From assembly GCF_000002075.1 (NCBI RefSeq), contig NW_004797541.1, positions 62,001 to 120,286 of the forward strand: a stretch of DNA of 58,286 bases, in the 5' to 3' direction. Positions 12,301 to 23,700 of this stretch are shown here, piece after piece. Within the stretch, counting starts at the first letter, position 1, and every line of letters begins with the position of its first letter. A program made the translations under genes and the position numbers. The notes beneath the pieces were generated by a model. That model was given only the letters and a program-made list of their open reading frames with translations. It had not been told where the DNA came from and made no database searches. This DNA is from Aplysia californica (Eukaryota).

Positions 12301-12472
12301 TTTGCATGGCACTTCTGCAGGCCAACGGCCTAACACGTTTTAATGATTTTATATCTTGAACTAGTAATTGAAATTTCTCTATTGGGGCCCAGTATTAAAA
12401 CCACTCTTTGGAGGCATACACAGGCTCAATAAAATAAATGATTTACTGTAACCTAGCCCTCGAATTGCTCAT
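239..12472 (-). CDS. BBS1: Bardet-Biedl syndrome 1 protein (BBSome subunit), 5' part; gene continues off the left edge
   Basis: GT-AG exons with compatible phases: 12472-12453 (candidate), 3556-3387, 2408-2319, 1906-1782, 866-820, 347-239. Joined peptide [44 protein letters not shown]...[45 protein letters not shown]...KNTPLKKQ matches the BBS1 N-terminus. Confidence 0.92.
820..866 (-). CDS. BBS1: BBS1 coding exon 5
   Basis: cacag|GAC CAA...CTA AG|gtatgt; [15 protein letters not shown](R). Confidence 0.85.
1782..1906 (-). CDS. BBS1: BBS1 coding exon 4
   Basis: [42 protein letters not shown] with AG/GT boundaries. Confidence 0.95.
2319..2408 (-). CDS. BBS1: BBS1 coding exon 3
   Basis: (N)[29 protein letters not shown]; ttccag| acceptor, |gtacac donor. 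Confidence 0.93.
3387..3556 (-). CDS. BBS1: BBS1 coding exon 2
   Basis: [56 protein letters not shown]; catag| acceptor, |gtaagt donor. Confidence 0.95.
4525..4695. repeat. Degenerate ~21-23 bp minisatellite (CAGTGTAGTAGAGTCAGATAC-like), about 8 copies
   Basis: Recurrent agtcagatac/cagtgta units visible directly. Confidence 0.8.
6259..6840. mobile_element. hAT-like MITE built from palindromic subterminal repeats
   Basis: Imperfect TIR taacgaagtggctagccgtacttaa / ttaagtacagctagcctcttcccta; flanks gactaaac (6251-6258) and aactaaac (6841-6848) form a 7/8-matching 8-bp TSD; repeated CTAGCCGTACTTAAGTACGGCTAG. Confidence 0.75.
6915..7710. mobile_element. Non-autonomous TIR element with TATTCTCACCCGGGTGAGAATA palindromes and an internal ~220-bp direct duplication
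   Basis: Palindrome clusters at 6925-6985 and 7612-7700; near-identical blocks at about 7165-7375 and 7385-7590; left boundary uncertain. Confidence 0.6.
8105..8343 (+). mobile_element. 5'-truncated RTE-clade LINE 3' end
   Basis: [24 protein letters not shown]...[23 protein letters not shown] followed by a (TGA)n tail. Confidence 0.85.
9660..11672 (-). mobile_element. Decayed RAG1-like DNA transposase (N-RAG-TP / Chapaev type)
   Basis: N-terminal H-x7-CRTCG...[21 protein letters not shown]...W...CPVC resembles the RAG1 N-terminal (Chapa) zinc-binding region. Downstream frameshifted core motifs PPYLHILLG (10558-10532), [16 protein letters not shown] (10171-10124), [13 protein letters not shown] (9939-9901) and FGMAF..KGGE..IHA (~9880-9822). 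Termini not identified. Confidence 0.8.
10794..11624 (-). pseudogene. Open 276-codon N-terminal frame of the RAG1-like transposase (Zn-binding domain plus S/T-rich spacer)
   Basis: ATG at 11624 (MEPHTEQLH...), stop at 10794-10796; the remainder of the transposase is disrupted. Confidence 0.7.
12453..12472 (-). CDS. BBS1: Candidate BBS1 first coding micro-exon (MSNSRA-R)
   Basis: gaaATGAGCAATTCGAGGGCTAG|gttaca gives the phase-2 donor needed by exon 2 and lies at the edge of a CpG-richer region. There is no homology support, and the donor is weak. Confidence 0.45.
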
Positions 12473-12878
12473 TTCAAGACAGCGACGACAACCTGTCAGC
12501 ACATTTCAGTGTAAACTCGCCGATTCCACCCCACTACTGTCGAGAGTGAGTCTCGAAAAGTACTCGTCCGTCTAGTGTACTAGATCTAGATTCTAGACCA
12601 TGTTTCTTAGGCGTACGTTAGCGCGTGGTGTTTAGGGAGGTAGGTCAACTTTTTAAAGCTTTAAATGCATCTTGTATATTATTACGTATGATGTGTCTGA
12701 ACCATAGTTTTCAGTGCCCTGTATGGACGGGCTTTAGGTTCCGTAGTTCATTCCAACTTTTAGACCTGTGTGCAAAAATCTGAGAAGATTAAAGTAAGAT
12801 GAGATAGATAAATCTTTATTGTCCAAATCCTTGCACGTTGGTTTGGTGTTTCACCTCACGCACACACACATACGAACG

Positions 12879-12923
<45 letters not shown>

Positions 12924-13456
12924 GTACGCTCGCAGGTACAGAGCGATTTGATTTTATCTTGCTTTAACCGCAGTTATACAAATGTGAACAAACTATAGCT
13001 GAACAGCCGTGTATGAAACTTTTATCGCATACGACGTAAACATGCACGAGTTTATTTTCATTTATTTCCTGCTATATTTGCACCATTTATTGTAAATGGC
13101 CTGAAAAAAACATATTTTATATTACTATATTACTAGCAAAAACACCTTTATTTGTCACAGTCGGTTCGTAACATGCCGTAGTCTAATAAAGGGAGAACTC
13201 AGTGCAGCCGGTATTCATTATATCCTCGAACCTTCTGGTCTTGACCGTAGTGGCGGCAAAAGCATTTGTTCGTTCGTGGGAGGGGGGGGGGGATTAATGC
13301 CTTGTGGTCGGATTCTTTGTCACCATTGTCTATCATCCCCTCAATTTCTGACCCCTACAGTGTTGCAGAGACTGATGAGAAGGCCAGAGTAGCCAAGATC
13401 CGAAAATACTCCCAGGCCTTTGTCTGGATGGTCGACGACATGTCCGGCGTCGTTAC

Positions 13457-13487
<31 letters not shown>

Positions 13488-13950
13488 ACACGACCCAGTT
13501 TGCTAGGCCTACCAGAATCATGGAGTGCCTTTTCAATATTAGCGTAATTTCAAACCGAGCTTATATACATATATTATTTTAGTCTGTCCGTTCAGAATGA
13601 ATGAACTGTGATGATTGGGTATTATTTTTGTAGTAACTAGTCACAAATAATAATCACTAATGGGTACCCGCGTCACACGTAGCATATTATGGATCTCAAT
13701 TTTGACCGAAAGTTTCAGGTTTGACAGTAAATGGTGTCGAATTATTTTTCTTTGCTTTATATATTTTTTTTCTTCTACGCTCTGTCCTGGCACAGGAGTC
13801 AAGTTGTCCGCCTTCAAAATGATCTGTACTTAATGGTGTCGAGTATGACATTAATTTCAGCAAGTTTCTGGCTTGCCTGTGACGAACACTGAGGAGGAGA
13901 TGTGTGTGATCTACACCCAAAACACACCCCTTAACCTAATCTTTATCTTA
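12473..13950. promoter_or_regulatory. Putative divergent promoter region between BBS1 and MUS81
   Basis: CpG-richer, non-coding stretch between oppositely oriented first coding exons; positional inference only. Confidence 0.35.
12860..12920. repeat. (CA)n/(CG)n microsatellite
   Basis: Seen directly. Confidence 0.9.
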
Positions 13951-14149
13951 GTTGTCAAGTTGTCTACCCTTTGGTGCCTTTGCACTGAAAGAGTAATGTG
14001 AAATCTTTTTATGCCCACAGTGTAAAAAAATGCCATTGAATCGTAAAAGTAAGTTCAGTTTTGTTTTTTTCTCTTCTCTGCCTTAGTGGAAATATGGCCA
14101 GCGCCAGATATAAAAAAAAAATGGTAAAATAGTGTAGGTCTCACATCCC

Positions 14150-14330
14150 TATCAACACTATTAGGTCATTAAAGATGCAGAACCTATCGAGTTTAAAGTC
14201 CATCTCCAAAGAGACTGAGCCAAGTAGGAAGTTCATGTAAAATGCCTTTCCTTAGGATACAATGTCGGACCGAGCTGAGGCTCGAACCCCCATAGCCGCA
14301 GTCTCACGATTATGGTAGAAAGGCTGTAGA
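14150..14330 (-). mobile_element. Degenerate tRNA-derived SINE fragment
   Basis: gctcgaaccc (B-box reverse complement) and tgcctttccttaggatacaa, similar to the SINE core at 31735-31755. Confidence 0.55.
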
Positions 14331-14344
14331 AAGATCAAGAGCCC

Positions 14345-14543
14345 AGAGGAGGGGTCAAAGGAGGTGAGGGGGTTGGGGCAGAAAGTGGAGACGAAAGCAG
14401 ACGACAGAACCTTGCTAGAGAGTAGGAAAGGAGGTGAAAGGAATCAATCTTAGAGAAGAAAATGTTTATGTCACTACCCGGATTCGAACCCGGGACCTTT
14501 GAATGGGAGATGAGTACCTTAACCTCTAGGCCAAGAGAGACTC
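14345..14543 (-). mobile_element. tRNA-headed SINE (or tRNA pseudogene with pyrimidine-rich body)
   Basis: Minus strand TGGCCTAGAGG (A box) and CCCGGGTTCGAATCCGGG (T arm/B box); acceptor and anticodon stems mispaired. Confidence 0.65.
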
Positions 14544-14600
14544 CTATTATTGTCTAATGAATCCCGCCCTTAATTTTTTTTCAGTTGAACGGATAGAAAC

Positions 14601-14753
14601 ATGTCTCACAGCTCTACTGACACCTCCAGCCTTAAAGGCAAAAGGAAGAAAAAGTTACCAAAAAATGCCAACCCTCTCTTCACCCAGTGGCTCACAGAGT
14701 GGAGAGATCAAGCAGTTGAGAAGGGATGGAAGAGTTCTCATACTTATTCAAAG
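14601..14753 (+). CDS. MUS81: MUS81 coding exon 1
   Basis: [51 protein letters not shown]|gtgac; an acceptor at 14583-14584 implies an upstream non-coding exon. Confidence 0.92.
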
Positions 14754-17700
14754 GTGACACTTTAAATTTCAAACCAGGCTAAAATAAGAAATTTATTGAA
14801 TTGTTAAGTGTTGTCTTTTTATCACATGACAATTTTGAGCTGTTTGTCCTCAAGTATAACTGTAGCTTTAATGAAGACTGACATTTTAAGTAACCTGCCA
14901 CAAGTGTTTCCCAGTTCATATTTAAAAAAAAATTAATTAGGAGTTTAAAATCAAAAGTTTTTATTTTGGATTGTATTAAACTCTGGGACACCTGAATAGA
15001 CATAAGGGTCTTGAACATCTAGCTCTCACTGGCAAAATTGAGGGCAGGCGAGGCAAGGGTAGGCCCAGAACAACATACTTAGGGAACCTAAACAAATGGG
15101 TAACAGGGAAAGATCAGGGAAACGTAGCTTTTCTGAGAGCATCCTAGCAAAGGAATGAATGGAAAATCATGATCGCCCATGTCTGTCGCAGATCTGGCAC
15201 TGGGTGATGATGATTAAACCCTGATCTGAAAGAGGGGGTTCGGGTGGCCTGTGGCTTTTGTGGAGACTGTTTTTTGGGACAGATGGCAGCAACATTCAAA
15301 GTTTGAACATTGTTTCTTAAAAAATGACCAAATTATCTTAAACTTAATGTAGATATGAGTTCAGCCATGGCATTTGAAGTTCAGCCCCTATAAAGCTGGA
15401 AAAAAAAGCTCACTGTTGACTACATTTTGAAGTCCTTATTTTTCTTTTTGTTCTTTTAGGCACTGAAAACTCTACGTTTATTCCCACTACCATTGGAATC
15501 AGGAAAGGACTGTCGACTGCTACAGAACTTTGGTAAGGGTGACTTTCTTGTGGGATTGGTGAGAATATGCTATTTTCCCACACTTTTTTTTACATGCATT
15601 GTGATATTGGGCATTTTCATTTTTTTCTTTGGAAGGTGCCCTGAAAGAGCGTTGCTACTAAACTCAGTCATGTCTTTACATGACACATTTAAGTGTACTT
15701 CTTGGGAGAAATATTACAGAAAACGCAAGATGAGGGTAAAAAATAAATCTACCCTGTTTCATGCATCATTTTGCTCACATTTACTTTTTATGGATAAGTA
15801 TCTCAACTGACTGTTCAGAACATATAAAGTTTGTGTTGGAACTTTCAAATCTGTTAGGGTGGCTGGATTCTAACTTGCTTTTTGTATTTTTTACGATCCT
15901 GACTGAATGACTTATTTATGAGATGATACATCTGTTGTATCTAACTCAATGCCTGTGACATTTGTTCTGTTCTTTTTGTCAGGTGACAAAATCTGTAAGA
16001 TGCTGGATGAGAAACTGACAGAGCACAAGTTAAAACAAGGTTAGTAAGAGTAGAGTTACTGGCTGATTAGTCATTGTGTGGTGAGTGGTGAGATAATATA
16101 TCTTAACTTGGTATTGGACTTCTCTTTCTATCAAATTTACCTCTGCCTGTGTCGTGGGTTTGGTGTTTTTTAAACTCATAGACACAATTCAGAGCATTTA
16201 AAAGGTAGGCTGCTTCAACTCCGCCAGGACAGGGCCCAGGGGGTACATCCCATCACAAAGAGGTAGATTTTCAGTAAAATATTATTATCCACACGTTAGA
16301 ATCAACCTCATGTTATAAGCTTGCTAGTTGAAGAGTGTATCTTGTAACTATTGCACCATAGATGCTGGTCATTGTCAAATGTGTATTGTTGTTGAAAACA
16401 ATTGTAGACTCTTCGTACGTGATCAGACAGCAGCATGTTTCTTATTATTTAGTCAAAACGAAATTGGCAGAGTCAGGTTTGGAGTTCAGTGTGTCTATTA
16501 AAAAGTGGTCTGGCTTGTCCAGGTCAGGGTGTTTTTCTACAATTGAGTGGCAAAAAGGTAGCAAGTATATATTTGAAGACTGCTTTCGTCATACCTGATT
16601 TGCAAGAGGGTATTTATACTCTAATTTTTTTCCAACATCGCTGCGGATTTGCCAGCGGATGAGGAAAATATGCCACAACCTGACCAAGACAGATGTTCTA
16701 GCCATAATGCTGTACCAAGGACTGTTACAGGGAAGTCAGTGTGTGATCCAATTCCTGGGACCTCTTCCACCTTTACAAGACTGACTGACCAGATGCCCCA
16801 GAACACAGCAGCGGCAAGCTCCACGGCCCTGTCTCACGGGGCCAGTGTCCATTCGGAGCCAGCTGTTGATCGAACCAGGATTCACGACATCAGTGACAGT
16901 TCTAATGCTGAGAGTGATACAGAAGCTGTTCCCTGTCCACCACCTTCAAAGGTCAGTGATTTATCGGCTGGGACTTTAGAGCCTACTTTTATTAAATACT
17001 TGCTCTATAAATCACCTGCTTCTTGTTAGACTCTGCCATGTACGTCGGTAGTCTAGTTGTTGGGCTTCCGGACTCGTAACCATGAGGTTGCAGGTTCGGG
17101 GGTTCGAGCCGCAGGCCCAACGTTGTGTCCTTGGGAAAGGCACTGTACAGGAATTTTCCTCACTTCACCCAGGTGTGAATGGGGGCCCAGCCATAGGCAA
17201 CGAAAGGTCTTGTAAATTGTTTCAGAATGCTATCAGGTCTGCTGGGGTAATGATATAGATTGTGAAGCGCATAGAGCTTGCTGTTGAGTGGAAATTTGCG
17301 CTATTCAAATGCTGTTTATTGTTATACGCCATTTTGAAAAGTGACAAGTGATGGAGTCTTCCACTGAGTAGTTGAAATGCTCTAACTTATTGCTCCTCCT
17401 CCAGTGGTTGGTGGGCAGGTGCTCTAGTGTGGTTTGCTTCTTCTTTCTTATCAAACCTCTGTCGTCCTTATCTCCCCTTCTGTTTTATGTTTGTTACTCT
17501 CTTGTAACACCTCTAATCTTCTGGTGTTCATATGACCTTAAGCAGTTGCGAGCGCCGTAAAACCTCTACAAAAACTGCTCCTCCTCCAACAGTATTGTCT
17601 TCCTCCTTACCCAAATGTTAATCACACCCTGTACTGCTACAGGAAACTCATAGACTTCCCACCATCTACAGTATGGTATTCATTGCTGGATTCATTGACA

Positions 17701-20700
17701 ATGTTAGCTGTGTTAATAAGACGGTGAGTTTACAGCAATTTTGCCATATGGTGGTCCCCATATTTCAACTAAAGACAATTATAAATCACATTGCCATCTT
17801 CAGAGCACATTTACCTTTGGGTTTTTTGTTTTGTTTCGTTTTGTCTGTTTTCCTTTTGCAATATTTTTGATGGCTGGTGGTGAGCTGCTGAGCAAACAGC
17901 ATGTGACCTGATGAGATTTGGGGGGGGGGGGGGGGGGGCGTTGTTGTGCCCAGCTCTTCTCTTGATGTCATCAGATCAGGAACTCCGAGGTTTTTTTTAA
18001 ATAAAAAAAAAATTAAGATTAGTAGGGGGGAAACCCAAGAACAATATGAAAAGGCTATGTAGAGCTGTAAAAATCAGGGTCTGATTGGGACAGTACAAGT
18101 CTACCTATTGTCCTAGAATCATGGTACAGTGCAGAAAGCCCTGGTCCTTCTTTTACTCTGACTGGGATGGTTCTGGATGGTGGTCAAGGTTTTTCCACCT
18201 GCTGTTATCAGGTTTCTTCCTAGAATGTCATGTCTCCGGTCTTTTAAGCCAGTCCATGCTGCTTTTTATGATACTCTTACTCTTAAAATTTTACACTGAT
18301 CAGTTTCTTCAGTTTTGGGTAATGGTCAATTTATTAAAAATATATTTGTGCTTTACTTCAGTAAACCTGAGTTTTTTAGTACGTTTTGTTTCATTTATTT
18401 TTTAAATTGATATATGTAAATTTGACTGTATACGATCTACATTAAACTTTGTTTTAATGCTTTTTTTTTACCAATTAGAAACGTCAAGTGAGTGGAACCA
18501 GAAGTAGAGATTATGTCCCTGTATACCGATCAGGTCCATATGCCCTGCTAATAACTCTTTTCAAGTACATGCAAGTGAGTATGTTTATAGCTGAATGTGT
18601 ATACTAGAGGAGCTTTTTGTCAAATCACTACATGCTTGAAGTTAGTGGACTTTCATTCTTCAAGGACTAAATAATGAATAGTTTTAAGACATGTGCAATC
18701 ATTAAGAATTTGCAGGATTTTAAAGTTAAATCAAAAGTTTCCCCATTTTTGTTTCTAGGTAGAGTGTCTAAATCTCGAGTGCAGTTTTGACAGATTTTAA
18801 GACTTATTTCTGAGTTTTAGAATAAACAAAGATTGGGAAAGATGGCAGTTTTCTCTGGACTAACCTATAAATAATTGATGAGAATGAAGGCATTTAAGGT
18901 CTGAAACGAAATGGATAAACTGGTCCACAGCAACAAAAAAGTTAAAATTTGTTCTTCATTTTGTACCCATTCTCCTCCTCGTAGTTCCACAAATACTTGA
19001 AAGCCTGCATGTGTTGACTCTTGTTTCCCATGGCTCCAAAATTCTGCAGTGTCATGAGCAAGCAAGAATTGAATGAAATGCACGGCAAACTGAGTGACAT
19101 GAGTTTGAACAGCTTTGTGAATAGTATAATAAATATGCTAGAAAATCATTACTATCGACATATTTCAACACTGTCTTGCTTTACCAAGCATTACATATGA
19201 CCTTTTTATATTTCTTCCAATGACCAAGCCTGTCACTAGTATAAAAGAAAATAATGTAGATGTTAGTAAACTTCAGAAGTAGTGATGCAGGTTAAAATGG
19301 TGGAACACTAATGCAAGCTATATTTTTGGTGTTAAAAAAAAAAGGGTTCTGCAAGTATTATAATTGTACTGTAGCGCCCTGGCCCTAAGAGAATTGAGAG
19401 CTCTGCAGGTTTTCTTCGTCTATACCTTTTTTGGAAGTGTATAATAGCTTTAGCTGAGGGACGGTCAGAATCATTGCTTATTGTTTGCTGATTTTCCCCA
19501 CAGGACCTTGACTTTAAAGGTTACTTGGGAAAGACTGAACTCTGCGGTGCTGCCCAGCCTCTGTGTGATAAATCCTTCCTCATGGTGAGTGAAGAAAGTT
19601 TTTTGTTGTTACTGGATTGTTTTAACCTCATGGGATAAATTAATCAGAGAAATATTGATAGCGTTTGGAGGGTGCCAAAATGTCATCTATTTTTTCCATC
19701 TAGCCTTTTGGTTTTTCAGTTTGTTTGGTCCAGGTATTTTGTAGTAGTCATTGGCAAACTTTGTCTTCATCGAAAGGTAAAGAAATCAAAAGAATAATAT
19801 TGTATGCCTCTTTTTTTTCTTTTTTTTTTTACTATGTTGTCTTGCAAATGTTTGAATTTTCACTTATTAAACTTAATGTCAATCACTCTCAATCTAAATC
19901 TTCCCGTGTCTTAAGTTTCCCTTCCCTCTTTTCACTTGTATAATGAAGAAAATTCAGCTTCGTAAAAGAGGGTCTTAAAATTAAAAAAGCATTTTGTCTT
20001 TTTTCCTGAAACCTTTGTGTGTCCACTCTACAGCCTGATCCAGGAAGCAGGTACACAGCTTGGTCTTCCATGGGGACACTCATCAAGAAAGGTCTCATCA
20101 ACAAGTGTAGCAGTCCAGCCAGGTAATGCTTTTTACACATGTCTGTTCAAGTCTCCTGTGTGCTTTCATCCCAGACGTTCACCTGTTAGATAACAATAAC
20201 AATGAAAAAGCCTATTTTAACTTGTTCAGGGATGTTTTCGAAACATACCTTTTTTTTCTCCTCTTTTGTGATGAGGAGAGGAGATGCGAGTTGAAGTGCT
20301 ATGTTGCTCTTTGGTGTCCATCTTTCACTCAGATTGTTCATCTTTTCCTTTTTCTTCCTGTGCCTTTACTGTTCAAAAATCATACTTTGAAGATCTTGGC
20401 AGCATGTAGATCTGACAACATTATCTGCTTTTGTACTTTAATTCATTCATAGATAGTGTGCTAGTTTCTTGTTTTTGTTTTTAAAAATGTATTTGTTTGT
20501 TTCTCTGCTTTTAACTTTCTATATTTTTCCCATTTTATGATTGTATATTGTGTTCTCTCCTCACACCTTTTCGTCTTTTACCACCAGGTATTCACTTTCT
20601 GACACTGGCTATGAGTTAGCTGAGAGACTCAGTTTGGCAGAAACAGTGAGGAGGGCATCAGCTGAAAACTGCCATGAATCTTCCGCCTCGTCTTCCGTTG

Positions 20701-23700
20701 TTGATGTGAATAGCTCAAAAGCATGCGAAGTCTCACCTTTTGACAGGTGTACAGTAGCAGATCAGGCTTTAAGACCTGAGCCCAGCAATAGTTTAGGACA
20801 GTCTTATTCAACTAAACTGACCACAGAGTCTGCTCGTGAATTTTCAGTTAGCAGCACAAGTGCTAACTACCACGAGAAAGTTTCACTCTCAACACAAGAT
20901 GAGCGAGTGTCAGGTGTGGATGTTGTAGTCCTTAGTGATGATGACGAGGCTGATTTTTGTGGCGGTTCGTCTCGTGATGAGGAAGTGTTAAAAGATTGGC
21001 CTCCTGTCAGAGAAATCCATTGTGTGTCACCATCCCCGTCTCCCCCACCTGTTTGTTTCTCTCCTGGTCTGGATGTCTCTTTGGAACTGCAGCCTGCCTC
21101 ACCTATTGGGGATCATCATCATGAAGCTCAAACATCCCCAGGAAACATTGTCATTCCTTATTCAAAAGCTCCCAGCCATAACTCAGAAGCTGTTTCTTTA
21201 CAGGCTGAAGAGAATGTGTTTGAGATTAGTGATGATGATGGTGAAGCAGACAATGACAGAGGAGGAAAGCAGCAGTGCCCGAGTACTCATTCCCAAAGTG
21301 ATTCGGATAGCGATGAGCTCCCTGATCTTGATATTCCTTTATCAAAACGCTTGTTGCTCAAAGGCAAGGTGCAGTCTCAGCTTCTCTTGAGTACACAAAC
21401 GACTGCGACGGGCACAGCTACGTCTGTATCTTCGACATCTGGTCCCACACCTGCTGCATCTCGGCGGAACAAACCGCCATCATCGGTGAGTGACAGCACC
21501 CAGGTGCATGCTCCCTCACAAACATCGCAACGCTCTACCTCTAGCGCTCACATCTCTGAACTGGAAAAGAGACAGGATGCAGTACGTGTGGATCCGTGTG
21601 TGAAAGACAACGAATTCAGTGATATTCAAACCCTCAGTTCTTATGCTCACAAATATCAAAGCACAAGGGGTCCAGTCTGTGATAAAGATATTGAGATTCT
21701 TGATTCTGATGGTTACAACAAATGTTCTTCACAAGCACAGTTTGGAGTGTCGGGCTCTGTGGACAGATCCAAAGGCCTTCCTTCGTCAGTGTGTGGACTG
21801 GAAGTGTCATCGAGTAAGATTGGAGCAGCAGTAACAGTTTTATCTCCCCAGCAACTGTCCCCACAGTTCTCCTTGTCTCCAGGCTCCTTTGATGTTGTGT
21901 TATGTATAGACAACAGGGAGTTTTATGGAAGGTAAGTTGTCAGATACAACAAATTATTTATGTGTGAGTTTTTGTAAAACATTCTATTGTCTGTCCTTTG
22001 CCCCAAGATTGCTGTTTTATATTTGTTAACAAAGATTTTTATGGAAGTGTCGGACATAATTTAGATTTTAGTTTGTACTGTACTGAATCATTCTGTTGAA
22101 AAATTGAACAGTCATCAGGCAATTGAATCTCCTAATTTTGTCAAGCACTTCGATACTGCTCTCAATTTCACAAGGTTCTTTTTTTTTTTTTTTTCGTAGA
22201 TTGCACTTTACTTATTTTGTAACAAACTTGTCTATGGAAGCGTGTAGATGTTTTGGGTTGTTGGTTTTTGGGGTTTTTTTTGGTGAGAGCTCTTTCATTA
22301 AAAATTTTAAAAAACAACTGTAATTGTTGTTTTGCTTCCTTACCTCATATATTGTCATCTCTTTGTTTGAGGAGAATTTTTTGAGGTTTTTATTTTCATT
22401 TCATTTGAGAAGAATTTTTTTAGGTTTTTATTTTCATTTCATTTGAGAAGAATTTTTTGAGGTTTTCATTTCGTTTGAGGAGAATTTTTGAAAGTTTTTT
22501 ATTTTTATTTAATTGTTCTAGTAAAAGTAACAGCAAGACCCTGCTACCTGAGTTGATGAAAGCTGGGATTCAATGCGACCTCCGTCTGCTTCATGTGGGA
22601 GACCTCCTGTGGGTGGCAAGAGAGAGAACTCCACCAGGAAGCGCAGGATTGAATGGGTCGGTTGGACATTTTTGGAAACTGAAATTGTTTACTGATTGCT
22701 CACATTGCGTACATGATTTTGGTAGCTGGTTGTTATAATGTTCTTTGCCTTTTGTGTGACTGGAAAAAGTGCCAGCTTAAATATTTGATGATTTACTCGT
22801 TTCTTTAAAAAAAGAAGACCATCTTACAATTGTATTTGAATATGGACTGGTAATTTCCACAATGTATGAACAAAAACATCCTGTTAAATAGACTACTCTT
22901 CAGATTGTTGTTTGATGTCTTTGTCTCTGTCACTAATGACTAAAATTGTGCAAATTGAGTTAGTGCCGCGGTACTACCTGATCAGAGGAAAAGAACAAGG
23001 GTCTGACTGGCTGCTTAGTGTATTCCTCCTCATCAATTCTTTTATTTTAATCATTTCAGCTCATATTAATTTTTTGAAAATATGTTTCTGTGTTTTCAGG
23101 GGTAAAGGTAGAGAGCTGGTGTTGAATTACATTGTGGAGAGGAAAAGAATGGATGATCTTGTGAGCAGCTTGTCTGATGGTCGGATGAAAGAACAAAAAG
23201 TATGCACACATCTTGTCTTTGTGTATCTTTACAATGAAGCTCTGTTTCATATCCTTTGTGAACATATTTTACCCGCGTGCATAACTATTTTCTTTTCTTT
23301 TCAATTTTACTTTGTATATTAGTGTACAGAAATTGGATTATTGCCCTCCCTAATGATGTGGGCAGAGTGGTAGTATTTTTTGCAGCTTGACTGCTATGAC
23401 ATTATTTAGAATGGAAAACCCTTTGAAAGATAGTACCTTTATTGCTATTGATGTAAGATGATGTTCACATCTGTTTTCTTTTTAACATCACATCTATCTT
23501 TTTGTCAGGGAGTTTGGGGGGGGGGGGATGTTGACATCTTTCCTGAAGCACACTACAGTGTGTCTTTCTTTTTTAGCCAAAGATTATTTTGGTTTATAAT
23601 AATGTATACTTTTCATTAGTCTCTTAGTATTTCAATAAATTCATTAATGTTTCATACATTTGTACTTTTTGTATACATCTGTTTTTATTGTTAGTATATA

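Noticed and set aside
13371-13420. Hammerhead ribozyme (CTGATGA...CGAAA)
   Set aside because: No convincing stems II/III flank the core; the same applies to CTGATGA at ~17909 and ~47621-47627 (-).
14469-14543. Functional tRNA gene on the minus strand
   Set aside because: The T arm is good but the acceptor and anticodon stems are mispaired, and it continues into a SINE-like body.
14557-14757. 66-aa ORF as an independent gene
   Set aside because: It is an off-frame reading of MUS81 coding exon 1.
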